From contig CAWKEQ010000027.1 of NCBI GenBank assembly GCA_963848565.1, positions 16,323 through 80,322 on the forward strand: a stretch of DNA of 64,000 nt. Direction: 5' to 3'. A program made the translations under genes and the position numbers. Positions within the stretch are counted from its first letter, which is position 1. Each line of letters begins with the position of its first letter. The DNA comes from an uncultured delta proteobacterium. Its GTDB lineage: Bacteria; Desulfobacterota; Desulfobaccia; Desulfobaccales; 0-14-0-80-60-11. Positions 27,378 to 38,953 of the stretch are shown here, one piece after another. Below the pieces are notes generated by a model. It was not told the origin of the DNA. It searched no databases and saw nothing but the letters and a program-made list of their open reading frames with translations.

Positions 27378-28279
27378 ATGAGCGATAACTTCGATCTCAA
27401 GGCCTATCTGGAGGAACGGCGGGGGCTGGTCAACCAGGCCCTAAAAGCCTATCTGCCCCAGGTTCGGGGGCCGGCCTTCCGGTTGACCAAGGCTATGCAC
27501 TACAGCCTGTTCGTGGGGGGCAAAAGGCTGCGCCCCATTTTGTGCCTGGCTGCGGCGGCCGCGGTGGGGGGCGATGCGGCGCCGCCCTGCCCGTGGCCTG
27601 CGCCCTGGAGATGATCCACACCTATTCCCTGATCCATGACGACCTGCCGGCCATGGACGACGATGATCTGCGCCGGGGTCAGCCCACCTGCCACAAGCAG
27701 TTTGACGAAGCCACCGCCATCCTGGCCGGGGACGGGCTGCTCACCGAGGCCTTCCACATCATGGGCGCGGCGGCAGACCGGTTTGAAGGCCGGGAAGGGG
27801 TCTTGCTCGAGGTGATGCGGCTGGTGGCGGCTGCGGCCGGCACTCAGGGCATGGTGGGGGGCCAGATGCTGGACCTGCTGGCGGAAGGACGCCAGGTCAC
27901 GCTGAAGGAACTGGAGACCATCCATCGCCACAAGACCGGGGCCTTGCTCACCGCGGCGGTGCGGGCCGGGGCTTTGGTGGGGGGCGGCAGCCGGGCCGAA
28001 GTGACCTCCCTCACCGGCTATGGTGAAAAATTTGGGCTAACGTTTCAGATAACCGATGATCTATTAGATGTGGAAGGGAGCGCGGCGGAGATGGGCAAAG
28101 CGCCCGGTATGGACGAAAAGCGGCGGAAAGCCACGTATCCCGCGGTGCTGGGGCTGGAGTCCACCCGGGAGTGGGCCCGACACCTGGTGGCTGAGGCCAT
28201 CGCCGGGCTGGAACCCTTCCAGGAACGGGCCGAACCCTTGCGGGAACTGGCCCGCTATCTCCTGGTGCGGCGCGCTTAG
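27378..28279 (+). CDS. ispA: (2E,6E)-farnesyl diphosphate synthase; apparent 1-nt deletion near 27580
   Basis: The N-terminus (GGKRLRPILCLAAAAAVGGDAA) is in one frame. The continuation [32 protein letters not shown] (FARM) and the SARM motif FQITDDLLD are in the next frame. Confidence 0.9.
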
Positions 28280-28377
28280 CCGGCGCCGGCCGCCCGGGTA
28301 GCGTTTTATGAGTTTAACTGCTTGAATTCGGTGGTTTTGGGTATTAGATTAAGCATAACCCACCGCTGAGAGGTTAG

Positions 28378-30336
28378 GTGCGCATGGATAATCGCCAGAG
28401 CAACCGGCCGGACGTTACGGTCCGCTGTTTGCTGGATAGTATCAACAATCCCCAGGAATTGAAAAAGCTGCCGCCGGAATTCCTGCCGCAGTTGGCTAAG
28501 GAAATCCGGGAGAAGATCATTTCCACCGTGGCCAAAACGGGGGGGCATTTGGCCCCCAGCCTGGGGGTGGTGGAGCTCGCCATCGCCCTCCACTATGTTT
28601 TTGATTGCCCCCGGGACAAGATCGTCTGGGATGTGGGGCATCAGGCCTATGCCCACAAATTGCTTACCGGGCGTCAGGACCGGTTTAATACCCTACGGCA
28701 GCACGGCGGCATCAGCGGTTTCCCCAAGCGCGGTGAGAGTTGCTACGACGCCTTTGACACCGGTCACAGTTCCACTTCCATTTCCGCGGCCCTGGGGATC
28801 GCCAGCGCCCGCTGTCTGAAGCGGGAGCGGCACCGGGCCATCGCGGTGATCGGCGACGGCGCCATGACCGCCGGGATCGCCTTTGAAGGCCTGAACAACG
28901 CCGGCGATCTCAACAAGGACCTCATCGTGGTCCTGAACGACAATGGCATGTCCATTGCCCCCAACGTGGGGGCCATGTCCTCGTTCTTGAGCCGCCAACT
29001 TACCCGGCCCACCATGGTTTTCCTCAAAAAGCGGGTGGAGAACCTGCTGCGCTCCCTGCCGGCCATCGGCGAAGACCTGGTGACCTGGGCCAAGCGGAGC
29101 GAAGAGTCCTTCAAGGCCTTTTTTACCCCCGGCATGCTCTTCGAGGCCCTCAAATTCACCTACCTGGGGCCGGTGAACGGGCACCGGCTGGACCACCTGA
29201 TCGAGACCTTCAACAATGTCAAAAACTTGAAAGGCCCCATCCTGGTGCACGTGCTGACCACCAAGGGCAAAGGCTATGAACCGGCTGAGACCGACCCCAC
29301 CGGATTTCACGGCCTGGGCAAGTTTGACCCCTTTACCGGCGAGACCAAAAAGAGCGTCAGCGAGGTTCCGACCTACACCCAGGTCTTTGGCGACACCCTG
29401 GTGCGCCTGGCCCGGCAGGACCCCAAGATTGTGGCCATAACCGCAGCCATGCCCGACGGCACCGGCCTGGTGGATTTCCGCCAGGAGTTCCCCACCCGCT
29501 TCTTCGACGTGGGCATCTGCGAACAGCACGCCGTGACGTTCGCCGGGGGCCTGGCCGTGGAAGGTATGAGGCCCGTCACCACCATCTACTCCACCTTTAT
29601 GCAGCGGGCCTATGACCAGATTCTCCACGATGTTTGTATCCAGAAACTGCCGGTGGTCTTTGCCCTGGACCGGGCCGGGGTCGTGGGGGAAGACGGCGAG
29701 ACCCACCAGGGCCTCTTCGACCTGTCGTACCTGCGCCACCTGCCCAATCTGGTCCTGATGGCCCCCAAGGACGAAAATGAATTGCGGGACATGCTCTTCA
29801 CCGCGGTGGAGCACCCGGGTCCCGTGGCCCTGCGCTATCCCCGGGGGCGGGGCGTGGGCGTGGCCTTTTCCTCGACCTTGAGCAAGGTGCCCATCGGCAA
29901 GGCCGAAGTGCTCCGGGAGGGGCAGGACCTGCTCATCCTGGCCCTGGGCGCCTCCGTCTACCCGTCCCTGGAAGCCGCCGAGGAGTTGGAGAAGCAAGGC
30001 TTCAGCGCTACTGTGGTCAACGTCCGGTTTGTCAAACCTCTGGACGAACCCCTGCTCCTGAGCCTGGCGGCCCAACACGGCCGCGTCCTGACGGTGGAAG
30101 AAAACGTCCTGGCCGGCGGCTTCGGCAGCGCCGTGTTGGAACTTCTGGCCGATAATGACCTCTTCGGGCTTACCGTGAAGCGCCTGGGAATCCCCGACAT
30201 CTTCATGGAACACGGCACCCAGGATATTCTCCGGAAGAAATACGACCTGGATGCCGCCGGCATCCTGAAACACGCCCTGGCCGTTCTGTCTCACCCGGCC
30301 CAGCCCAAGAAGGTGGTCTGGGGGACGTTTAACTAA
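28378..30336 (+). CDS. dxs: 1-deoxy-D-xylulose-5-phosphate synthase
   Basis: [29 protein letters not shown] motif [18 protein letters not shown], transketolase-like C-terminal domains. Confidence 0.95.
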   Translation: MRMDNRQSNRPDVTVRCLLDSINNPQELKKLPPEFLPQLAKEIREKIISTVAKTGGHLAPSLGVVELAIALHYVFDCPRDKIVWDVGHQAYAHKLLTGRQDRFNTLRQHGGISGFPKRGESCYDAFDTGHSSTSISAALGIASARCLKRERHRAIAVIGDGAMTAGIAFEGLNNAGDLNKDLIVVLNDNGMSIAPNVGAMSSFLSRQLTRPTMVFLKKRVENLLRSLPAIGEDLVTWAKRSEESFKAFFTPGMLFEALKFTYLGPVNGHRLDHLIETFNNVKNLKGPILVHVLTTKGKGYEPAETDPTGFHGLGKFDPFTGETKKSVSEVPTYTQVFGDTLVRLARQDPKIVAITAAMPDGTGLVDFRQEFPTRFFDVGICEQHAVTFAGGLAVEGMRPVTTIYSTFMQRAYDQILHDVCIQKLPVVFALDRAGVVGEDGETHQGLFDLSYLRHLPNLVLMAPKDENELRDMLFTAVEHPGPVALRYPRGRGVGVAFSSTLSKVPIGKAEVLREGQDLLILALGASVYPSLEAAEELEKQGFSATVVNVRFVKPLDEPLLLSLAAQHGRVLTVEENVLAGGFGSAVLELLADNDLFGLTVKRLGIPDIFMEHGTQDILRKKYDLDAAGILKHALAVLSHPAQPKKVVWGTFN

Positions 30337-30370
30337 AATAGGTTTTCAGTTTCCGGGGCAAGACCAGAAA

Positions 30371-30399
30371 GGCAGGGATCGCGGTCCCTGCCTTTTTCT
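30371..30399 (+). terminator. Rho-independent terminator after dxs
   Basis: ggcaggga-tcgcgg-tccctgcc followed by tttttct. Confidence 0.65.
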
Positions 30400-30845
30400 C
30401 TGCCGGCAGGAGGTCCCAGGCGCCGGGAACAATGAGCCTGACCCCTAGGATGAAATCAATGCACTGAGGCGAATATCATATCTTAACGAGCGACGATAAA
30501 TCATCCTCTCAATCTTCCCAAGCCCCAAAAACTCCTCAATCTTAAGTTGCCGGTTTGGATGGGACCATCATCAGAGCAACGTCCTTCATTCCCGTGGCAG
30601 TTGCTGAATCTGGCAAAGGTTGGGGTAATCAGCGAACCTCAGGGGTTTCCCCTCCAGGCGCTCCTGACCATACCCCGATTCATATTTTTAGCGCTGCCCG
30701 GAGGCCTCCCGGCCCGGGTGCACACGATTCTTGCCGAAGTCCAGGCAAGCGCATGATCTTGCTTATCCTCTTGATTTTTTGGAAAATAATACTAATCTAA
30801 GATTTATACTCAGATCCGAAATCCCGGAAGTTTGGGTGGTACAGG

Positions 30846-32942
30846 ATGGCGATTACTCAAAACCCCGTGCAAAATACCTGGAGAATCCCCTGGCACCTGG
30901 TAATTATCTTTTCATTCCTGGCGGCGGGGATTTTGGGTCTTGGCTATTATTTCTATGCCTATCAGGTGACCATACTGCAAAGTGCCAAAGGGGAGGAATT
31001 GAGTTCCATTGCGGAGTTGAAAGTCAAACAGATCTTTTCCTGGCGTCAGCAGCGCCTGAACGATGCCCAGTTGATTTTCGAGGACCGCAGCTTTGCGCAG
31101 GAAGTTCAAAATTGGTTTGCGGGCAAGGGTTCGCCCGAGCTGGAACATGACGTTCGTCAGCGCTTGGACGAGTTGTATCGAGGCTCGTACGTTGAAGCGG
31201 TGCTCTTCGATTTACAAGGAGACGAACGCCTATCAATGTCTAAAGTAAAACCGGACCATACGCCCGTGATCCAGACGATTGCGCTTAAAGCGATGCGTAG
31301 CGGGAAAATTATTTTGACTGATCTTTATTTTTTGCATCAATCTGAAGAAATTAATATGAGCCTGGCTATTCCCATTCAGGTGGAGTTAAACAACCAAAAA
31401 ATAGTTGTCGGCGCCGTGGTATATCAAATCGACCCCTACTACTTCCTCTATCCCATACTGCACTCCTGGCCCACTTCCAGTAAAACCGCTGAACTGGTGA
31501 TGGTCAGGCGGGACACAAAAGATCATGAAATAACCTATCTGAATGAACTGCGCCACCGCAGGGGTGCACCCTTGAGGATGCGGAAATCATTAGATGAGAC
31601 TCAGATGCCCAGCGTCAAAGCGGCCTTGGGAGGGGAGGGTATTGTCCGGGGGGTCGATTATCGTAACACGCCGGTATTGGCTGCCAATCGCATCATCCCC
31701 GGTTCCCCCTGGTATCTCACGGCCAAAATTGATATCGCCGAAGTAAATGCTCCCCTGCGCCGATGGTCGTACCTCATTCCAATCCTGACCATGACTATGA
31801 TGGCCGCCGCCGGATTGGGCGCGGCTCTCCTCTGGCGCAACCGGGACGTCCAATTCTATCGGCAGCAATACCAATTGGAATCAGAACGCCTCTCCCTGTC
31901 CCAACGATATGAATATTTGACGAAATATGCCTATGACATCATTTTGCTCACGGATAAGGCTTGGCAAATTATCGAAGCCAATGACCGGGCCGTGGATGCA
32001 TACGGCTATAGCCGGTATGAACTCTTTAACCTGCATCTGTGGGATTTATTCTCGGATCATTACTTCATGACTGAGCCCGAGAAGATGGAACAGGAAGCGA
32101 TAGATGGCTGCCGGTTTGAGGCCGCCAATTGCCGCAAGGATGGTTCGACTTTTCCGGCGGAAATCAGCTCTTCCCGCATCGAGATGGGGGACAGCAGCAT
32201 CTATCAGTATATTATTCGCGATGTGAGCGACAGGAAATTTAAAGAAAAAGCCTTGCGGGATTCAGAACGACAACTCCGATTTTTGTCGTCTCAACTGCTG
32301 ATTGTTCAAGAACAGGAGCGCCGCAGGATATCGAAAGAAATACATGATGAAGTGGGACAGGCCCTGATGATCCTGAAATTTCAAATTAGCTCCATTGAAA
32401 CCAGATTGTCGAAAACTCAAAAGGTCCTCAGAAAGGACTGTCTAGGCCTGCTCGATTATCTCGATAACACGATAGAAAATGTGCGGCGTTTGTCCTGGGC
32501 TCTCAGTCCCTCAGCCTTAGAGCAATTCGGGCTCGCCACCGCCATCAGGAATCTTCTGGAAAATTTCAGCAAACACTATACTATTCAATGGGAACCGAGT
32601 CAGATAGAAAGCATTGATAATCTCTTTCCACCCGTGTCTCAGATTAATATTTACCGGATCTTTCAAGAATCCCTGACCAATATCAGCAGGCACTCCCAAG
32701 CTACTGATATACTGATCGACATTGAAAAGCAGGATGGATATGTCACCTGCGTTATCAAGGATAACGGCAGTGGCTTTGAGCCCCAGGCGTTGCTGGACAG
32801 CGAGACCGGGCCCAAAGGCATTGGCTTGGCGACCATGTATCAACGCACCCGGATAGCAGGGGGGCGTCTGGAAATAGAAAGCAGTCCCGGGGCTGGTACG
32901 CAACTCACCCTTACTGTTCCTATTAAAAAAGGGGAGCAATGA
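30846..32942 (+). CDS. Sensor histidine kinase: periplasmic Cache-like domain, PAS, HisKA_3, HATPase
   Basis: Two TM segments flank a domain of about 260 aa. PAS (DIILLTDKAWQIIEANDRAVDAYGY), HisKA_3 H-box EIHDEVGQAL, G-boxes DNGSGF and GIGLATM. Lower GC than most of the window. Confidence 0.85.
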   Translation: MAITQNPVQNTWRIPWHLVIIFSFLAAGILGLGYYFYAYQVTILQSAKGEELSSIAELKVKQIFSWRQQRLNDAQLIFEDRSFAQEVQNWFAGKGSPELEHDVRQRLDELYRGSYVEAVLFDLQGDERLSMSKVKPDHTPVIQTIALKAMRSGKIILTDLYFLHQSEEINMSLAIPIQVELNNQKIVVGAVVYQIDPYYFLYPILHSWPTSSKTAELVMVRRDTKDHEITYLNELRHRRGAPLRMRKSLDETQMPSVKAALGGEGIVRGVDYRNTPVLAANRIIPGSPWYLTAKIDIAEVNAPLRRWSYLIPILTMTMMAAAGLGAALLWRNRDVQFYRQQYQLESERLSLSQRYEYLTKYAYDIILLTDKAWQIIEANDRAVDAYGYSRYELFNLHLWDLFSDHYFMTEPEKMEQEAIDGCRFEAANCRKDGSTFPAEISSSRIEMGDSSIYQYIIRDVSDRKFKEKALRDSERQLRFLSSQLLIVQEQERRRISKEIHDEVGQALMILKFQISSIETRLSKTQKVLRKDCLGLLDYLDNTIENVRRLSWALSPSALEQFGLATAIRNLLENFSKHYTIQWEPSQIESIDNLFPPVSQINIYRIFQESLTNISRHSQATDILIDIEKQDGYVTCVIKDNGSGFEPQALLDSETGPKGIGLATMYQRTRIAGGRLEIESSPGAGTQLTLTVPIKKGEQ

Positions 32943-33644
32943 ATGAAAGCTTATCGAATTCTCCTTGCCGAAGATCACATCTTATTTAGAGAACTTATCA
33001 AAAAAAGTCTGGAAGTAATCCCCGACATAAAAGTTGTAGGAGAGGTGGGCGATGGCCTGCAAATTTTAGAATCCACCAAAATCTTAAAACCCCACATGAT
33101 CATCCTTGATATTGGCATGCCCGGTCTTTCAGGAATTGATGCGGCAAAAATTATTAAACAGGAATATCCGAAAATAAAGATTCTGCTGTTGACAATGTAT
33201 AAATCTAAAGATCATTTAAAACAAGCATTGTATGCTAAAGTTGATGGATATCTTCTTAAGGAAAATGCCTTTAAAGATTTAATTACCGCTATAGATATGA
33301 TTAGAAAAGGAGATAAGTATATCTCAAATATTATGATGCAAAAATTAGCTGAATATATCCGTAAAGAAACCTGGGAAATGCCTTCGGTATTGGGAGGTTT
33401 TTCAGGTGCTGAATTAGATGGCAAGGAAGATCAAAAAGACGTAACATTATCGCCGAGAGAATCAGAAATTCTTATGCATTATGCGCAAGGAGTAGCTATT
33501 AAAGATATTGCCAAACTGTTGTCTATCAAATATCAGACAGTTAGGAGTTATATGAATACGATCAAAATGAAATTACACATCAATAATAATATCGACCTCA
33601 TAAAATATGCTATAAAAAACAATTACATATCTATTTCATCATAG
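32943..33644 (+). CDS. NarL/LuxR-family response regulator with extended linker
   Basis: REC (ILLAEDH...IILDIGMPGLSG), LuxR HTH (LSPRESEILMHYAQGVAIKDIAKLLSIKYQTVRSYMNTI). AT-rich. Starts 1 nt after the kinase stop. Confidence 0.9.
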   Translation: MKAYRILLAEDHILFRELIKKSLEVIPDIKVVGEVGDGLQILESTKILKPHMIILDIGMPGLSGIDAAKIIKQEYPKIKILLLTMYKSKDHLKQALYAKVDGYLLKENAFKDLITAIDMIRKGDKYISNIMMQKLAEYIRKETWEMPSVLGGFSGAELDGKEDQKDVTLSPRESEILMHYAQGVAIKDIAKLLSIKYQTVRSYMNTIKMKLHINNNIDLIKYAIKNNYISISS

Positions 33645-33945
33645 TAGATATAAATGCACAAGATTGAGGCTGTTTTCCCCAAACAGTACTGTTGATTCTC
33701 CAGGTTGTCCAAAGGCAAACTTCGGATTAGGTATTGGCCGTTTTACCAACCGATGAAATAGAGTGATATGTGGGTAATCTAAAAGTTGGCCTGAAGGCAT
33801 GGCACCGGGGCAGAGTGGGCAATACCCAAGCCGGATGATTGTTTCTCAAGCTGTGGGGCAGGTTCGGCGCCGGTCTCTGCTCAATTTTGCCTGAGCCCAC
33901 CGGGGAGAGGACGGGGCTTTTTTGAAACCTTCCCGGACCGGCCGG

Positions 33946-36417
33946 TTATCGGGGCTGTGCCACCCTGCTTTCGGCTACCACCACCCGGTTGCGGCCTTGG
34001 GCCTTGGCCCGGTACATGGCGTCGTCGGCCGCCCGGAGCACGTCCCGGCCGTTAGCGCCGTGCTCCGGAAACATGGCCACCCCCAGAGACAACGTGACGC
34101 TTTCCAGTAACTGGCCCCGATGCATTATCGGGAGCTTGGTGAATTTCCGCCTGATGTCCTCGGCTCGCTGGCGGACGATCTCCAGAGAAGTTTCCGCCAG
34201 GATCAGGACAAATTCTTCTCCCCCATAGCGGCAGGCCACGTCTTCCCGGCGCACCTGCTTAGCCAGGAATTCTCCCAGGGCGCGCAGCAGGTTGTCCCCG
34301 GCTTCGTGGCCATGGGTGTCATTGAAATGCTTGAAGTAGTCCAGGTCCAGCATGATGAGGCCTATGGAGGCCCCCTTGCGCCGGCCCCGGTAAATTTCCC
34401 GCTCCAGGGTTTCCTCCAGGTAGCGCCGGTTAAACAGGCCGGTGAGAACGTCGTGGACCACCTGGTGAGCCAACTTTTCCCTGAGCCGGATATTGGCCAG
34501 GGCCAGGGAGATGTGATCGCTAACGGTCACCGCCAGGGTCTCCAGCGGTTCAACCCGCTCGGGAGCGAAATCAATGGGGTTCTGGATATGCAGCATACCC
34601 AAGGTCTCACCCTGGGCCAGCAAGGGCAGACATAAATAGGGTTCCGGGTGAGGGCGGGACAGGTGGCGGCACAACCTCTCCCGGCTGGAGTTGCGGCCCA
34701 CGTTGAAGCGGCCGCGCCGGAGGGACCAGCAATCAGTGGGAGGGAAGACCAGTTCTCCAACCAGGGCATCCCCCCAGGTCGAAACCGCCTTCAAGAGATT
34801 AGTGGCGGGGTCCAGGATGAACAAGGCCCCGGACCGGGCCGGAAATAAACATTGGGCCTGCTGCGCAATCAGAGGATAGGCTTCGTCCAGGGAGAGGCAG
34901 GATTGCAGTTGGTCGGCCATGGAGTTGATTATGGAGAGCTCAGCGTTGCGCTTCTCGGCTGCCGCCACCAGACTCTGGAGCCGGGCATTAACTCGATCCA
35001 TTTTAGCCAGGGACTTTCTGGTTCCCGTCAGGTCCCGGGCCACGCACACGCTCCCCGTGCTTTCCCCGGCCTCATCCCGGAATAAGCGGATGGACAGGCT
35101 GAAGGGGGCGATGGCGCCGTCTTTTTTCCGCATGTCGATTTCATAGCCCCGGACAAAACCATCCTGGCGCAATTGGCTTAACATCTTTTCCAGGACGTGC
35201 TTATCGGGGTATAAATCAAAGGTCGTCAGGCCGGTGAGGCCCTCAGCGCTATAACCATAGACCTCTGCCGCGGCTTGATTCCATCTGGTGAAACGGCCGT
35301 GTTGGTCCACGATGGCGATGGGGTCCACCGAGGAGGCGATAATATTTTCCAGAAAGGCGATCGTGGTGTGGATTTCCGCCTCGGCCTGCTTGCGGGCCGT
35401 GATGTCGCGGAAACTCCAGACCCGCCCGACAATCTCGCCCTCCAAGCGGTGAGGTTGGGAATACCGCTCAAAAATGCGCCCGTCCTTAAAATCCAGCAGG
35501 TCATAGCTTTCTGCCTCCGGCTGGGCGTGCAATTCCTGGACTTTGGCGAGGAAGACCTCCGGGGATTGCAACTGGTCCAAGGCACGGGAGAGGGCTTGGC
35601 GGTCATCGCCGGTGCTCAGAATTGAGGCGGGGAGGCGCCACATACTCACGAACTTGCTATTATACCGGACGATCTTCCCTTGGCGATCCACCACCAGGAT
35701 GCCGTCAGCCGTGGATTCCAAGGTGCTGTGGAGCAGGGCCAGCGACTTTTGCAAATCCTGCTCCGCTTGCCGGCGAGCGGTGATGTCGCTGACGGCGGTG
35801 CGGCAGTGGGCCGGACCGCTATTCTGCGTCTGGACGGCAATGCTCTCAAGCACTGCTTGGCGCGCCACCCCCTCTGAGGTGACTAACTCCAAGGAGCAGG
35901 ATTGATTGGCCCGGGTGGCAAAAACCTGGTCCAGGTGAGCCGTGAACCCGGGCCGGAAAGCCGGGGCGACATGAGCAACGAACCGGGTGTGCAGGAGGGC
36001 GTCCGGTTCCAGCCCCAATAACCGGGCGCCGGTAAGGTTCGCCTCCAGAATGAGCCCCTGGGGGTCGAAGCTGAAGTAGCCGATGGGGGCGAAGTCATAG
36101 AGGTCGGCATATTTGGCGAGGGTTGCCGCGGTTTCTCTTAGAGATTGGCGCAGTTCATGGTTCTGCGTTTCCAACTCCATCTGGCGCACATGCAGATCGC
36201 GCCCCAACTTCTGGATATCGGCCGGGGGTGGGGCGGCCGGGGCCGAGCCGCTTTGGGGCCGGGATTTTTCGGCGCAGGCCCGCAGAACCCCAGCGGGTTT
36301 ACTGCCTGGCTGCTTCCGGGTCACGCAGTGTCTCCCTAAAGGGCGCCGGGTTGGTGAAACGGCGCTCGGGTTGGCGTAGAGCCATATACTCAGGAGGCGG
36401 CAGCCCCCCCAAGCCAA
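33946..36417 (-). CDS. Multi-PAS / GAF / GGDEF diguanylate cyclase (start codon uncertain)
   Basis: Coiled coil ([12 protein letters not shown]), three PAS-like blocks, a GAF domain and a canonical [14 protein letters not shown]. Confidence 0.85.
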   Translation of the reverse strand: MAWGGCRLLSIWLYANPSAVSPTRRPLGRHCVTRKQPGSKPAGVLRACAEKSRPQSGSAPAAPPPADIQKLGRDLHVRQMELETQNHELRQSLRETAATLAKYADLYDFAPIGYFSFDPQGLILEANLTGARLLGLEPDALLHTRFVAHVAPAFRPGFTAHLDQVFATRANQSCSLELVTSEGVARQAVLESIAVQTQNSGPAHCRTAVSDITARRQAEQDLQKSLALLHSTLESTADGILVVDRQGKIVRYNSKFVSMWRLPASILSTGDDRQALSRALDQLQSPEVFLAKVQELHAQPEAESYDLLDFKDGRIFERYSQPHRLEGEIVGRVWSFRDITARKQAEAEIHTTIAFLENIIASSVDPIAIVDQHGRFTRWNQAAAEVYGYSAEGLTGLTTFDLYPDKHVLEKMLSQLRQDGFVRGYEIDMRKKDGAIAPFSLSIRLFRDEAGESTGSVCVARDLTGTRKSLAKMDRVNARLQSLVAAAEKRNAELSIINSMADQLQSCLSLDEAYPLIAQQAQCLFPARSGALFILDPATNLLKAVSTWGDALVGELVFPPTDCWSLRRGRFNVGRNSSRERLCRHLSRPHPEPYLCLPLLAQGETLGMLHIQNPIDFAPERVEPLETLAVTVSDHISLALANIRLREKLAHQVVHDVLTGLFNRRYLEETLEREIYRGRRKGASIGLIMLDLDYFKHFNDTHGHEAGDNLLRALGEFLAKQVRREDVACRYGGEEFVLILAETSLEIVRQRAEDIRRKFTKLPIMHRGQLLESVTLSLGVAMFPEHGANGRDVLRAADDAMYRAKAQGRNRVVVAESRVAQPR

Positions 36418-36960
36418 AGTTAATTTTATTCATCGGTATCGGGAGATTTTTTGTTTAATGAAAAATATTTTTAAGGCTGGGGAGTTGGTCACTGAACCTC
36501 TGCGGACGATAAATGTTTCAGCCCCGAGGACAAAAAAATAGATCGGTGGTAAGATAGAGTCCTTGGTGTTCCGGGGCTGGGTCGCTTTGCTTGGTGGGAC
36601 GGATAAACCCCGGGGTTAAAGGCTGAAAAGCAATCCCGCGGTTAAGAAAGAACCGGCTCCGGGTTAGCTTTCCGAGCCATTGCCACAACTTGGCTCCGGG
36701 TGCGGGGATTGAGTCCCGGGGGTCGGGACGGCCCATAAATGCCCGGTCAGTCTGAGTCGGGTCAGGAACCTGCGCCAGGCTGTTGCCAGGCTCCCCCCTA
36801 AGTTAGCCGCCCCACAGAAATTTCTTGACAAACACAGGTATTTATGAGAAACAGTTGAGCGGACTTTGGGTCAATCAAAGGGCTCCTACACCAGAGATTG
36901 AGGAATCTAACGGCAACCCCCTTGAATTTTAATCGCATGTAACATAATTGAGTATTCGAC

Positions 36961-37003
36961 GGCATCTGGGAAGGCGTCTGTGGACGCTTGAGATGCCTTT
37001 TTT
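36961..37003 (+). promoter_or_regulatory. Terminator-like leader hairpin immediately upstream of the thrS RBS
   Basis: Outer stem ggcatct/agatgcc, inner stem gcgtc-tgtg-gacgc, then tttttt. The SD gagg and the ATG at 37016 follow. Confidence 0.5.
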
Positions 37004-37015
37004 ATTGAGGTAGGC

Positions 37016-38935
37016 ATGATTAACGTTACCCTGGATCAAGGTTCCACCGCCACCCTGGAGGCGGGCGCGACGGTAGCCCAGGCCCTTGCGGCTCTGGACC
37101 TGGCCGGCCGCCGGCACGTCGTGGCGGCCCGGATCAATGGGGACCTGGCGGACCTGTCCCGGGTGCTTGACGCCGATTGCACCATCACTCCCATTCGCCT
37201 GGACAGCCCCGAGGGTCTGGAGATCATGCGCCACTCCGCCGCCCACCTCATGGCCGAGGCGGTGCGCAACCTCTTTCCCGGGGTCAAAGTGGCCATCGGC
37301 CCGGCCATCGAAGCAGGATTCTATTACGACTTCGACGTGCCCGAGCCTTTTACCCCTGAGGACCTGGCCAAAATTGAAGCCCAGATGGCCGAGTTGATCG
37401 CGCAAAATCAGCCCTTCCGGCGGGACGACATGAGCCGGGAGCAGGCGATCCACTATTTTCAGGGCCAGGGCGAGGCCTACAAGGTGGAACTCCTGGAGGA
37501 GATCCCCCAGGACCAGGTGAGCCTCTATCAGCAGGGAAGTTTCATCGATCTCTGCCGGGGGCCCCACATCCCCTCCACCGGGTATATCAAGGCCTTCAAG
37601 CTCACCGCCACCTCCGGGGCTTACTGGCGGGGGGACGAGCACCGGCCCATGCTCCAGCGCATCTACGGCACCGCCTTTGCCACCCGGAAGGAACTGGCGC
37701 ACCACCTGGAACTCCTGGAGGAAGCCAAGCGCCGGGACCACCGCCGTTTGGGCCGGGAGTTGGGGCTGTTCAGCATTGAAGAGGAAGCGGGGCCGGGGAT
37801 GGTGATCTACCACCCCAAAGGCGCCCTGCTCCGGAGCCTCATCGAGACTTTCGAGCGCCGGGAGCATCTCAAACGGGGCTACCAGATGGTCATGGGCCCC
37901 CAGATGCTCAAGGCCGACCTGTGGAAACGTTCCGGCCACTGGGACAATTACCGGGACAACATGTATTTCACCGAAGTGGAAGGCCAGATGTACGGCGTCA
38001 AGCCCATGAACTGCCTGGCCCACATGCTGATTTACAAATCCCACACCCGGAGCTACCGGGATCTGCCCCTGCGCTACTTCGAACTGGGCACCGTGTTGCG
38101 CCACGAGCGCTCCGGGGTGTTGCACGGCCTCACCCGGGTGCGCCAGTTCACCCAGGACGATGCCCATATCCTGTGCATGCCGGAGCAGGTGGAAAGCGAA
38201 ATCCTCGGGGTGCTTAAATTTGTGGCTGAGGTCATGGCGATTTTCGGGTTCGACTACGAAGTGGAGATGTCCACCCGGCCGAAGAAATCCATCGGCACCG
38301 ATGCCGAGTGGGAACTGGCCGACAACGCTCTCGTCGGGGCCCTCAAGACCTGGGGGCTGCCTTACGACATCTGCGCCGGGGAAGGGGCCTTCTATGGGCC
38401 CAAGATCGACATCAAACTCAAGGACGCCCTGCAGCGCCGCTGGCAATGCGCCACCATCCAGTGCGATTTCACGTTGCCGGAGCGCTTCGATCTGGCTTAC
38501 ATCGGCCCGGATGGGGAACGCCACCGCCCGGTGATGCTGCACCGGGTGATCCTGGGCTCCCTGGAGCGCTTCATGGGAGTCCTGATCGAGCACTTCGCCG
38601 GGGCTTTCCCGGTCTGGCTGGCCCCGGTCCAGGCGATCCTCCTGCCCATCACCGACCGGGTGCATGCCTACGCCCAGGAGGTAGCCCAGGCCTTGTTGGA
38701 TGCGGATATCAGGGTGGAAGTGGATACCCGGCAGGAAACCTTGCGCTACAAGATCAGAGAGGCCCAGGGACAGAAAATTCCTTATATGGTGATTATGGGG
38801 GACCAGGAGGCGGCGGACCGCACCCTGGCGCCCCGCCTGCGGGACGGCACGGAAATGAAGGGCATCACCCTGGAGGCTTTTATCCAGCGCCTCCGGGAGG
38901 AATCCCGGACTCCGTCCCCCGCCAACGCTTCATAA
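37016..38935 (+). CDS. thrS: Threonine--tRNA ligase
   Basis: TGS domain, editing-domain motif ([11 protein letters not shown]), class II core (FRDEL-like [24 protein letters not shown]) and an anticodon-binding domain. Confidence 0.95.
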   Translation: MINVTLDQGSTATLEAGATVAQALAALDLAGRRHVVAARINGDLADLSRVLDADCTITPIRLDSPEGLEIMRHSAAHLMAEAVRNLFPGVKVAIGPAIEAGFYYDFDVPEPFTPEDLAKIEAQMAELIAQNQPFRRDDMSREQAIHYFQGQGEAYKVELLEEIPQDQVSLYQQGSFIDLCRGPHIPSTGYIKAFKLTATSGAYWRGDEHRPMLQRIYGTAFATRKELAHHLELLEEAKRRDHRRLGRELGLFSIEEEAGPGMVIYHPKGALLRSLIETFERREHLKRGYQMVMGPQMLKADLWKRSGHWDNYRDNMYFTEVEGQMYGVKPMNCLAHMLIYKSHTRSYRDLPLRYFELGTVLRHERSGVLHGLTRVRQFTQDDAHILCMPEQVESEILGVLKFVAEVMAIFGFDYEVEMSTRPKKSIGTDAEWELADNALVGALKTWGLPYDICAGEGAFYGPKIDIKLKDALQRRWQCATIQCDFTLPERFDLAYIGPDGERHRPVMLHRVILGSLERFMGVLIEHFAGAFPVWLAPVQAILLPITDRVHAYAQEVAQALLDADIRVEVDTRQETLRYKIREAQGQKIPYMVIMGDQEAADRTLAPRLRDGTEMKGITLEAFIQRLREESRTPSPANAS

Positions 38936-38953
38936 TTTCAGGAGGTGACGGCC

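Noticed and set aside
36540-36780. Riboswitch (cobalamin or c-di-GMP) in the long leader of the GGDEF gene 33946..36417
   Set aside because: I could not find the conserved cores (B12 box, GEMM ACGCACAGGGCAAACC-like). An Infernal scan would be needed to exclude other RNAs.
36830-37015. T-box riboswitch upstream of thrS
   Set aside because: There is no T-box core sequence or specifier-loop architecture, and the leader is too short. Only a terminator-like hairpin is present, and it is reported separately.
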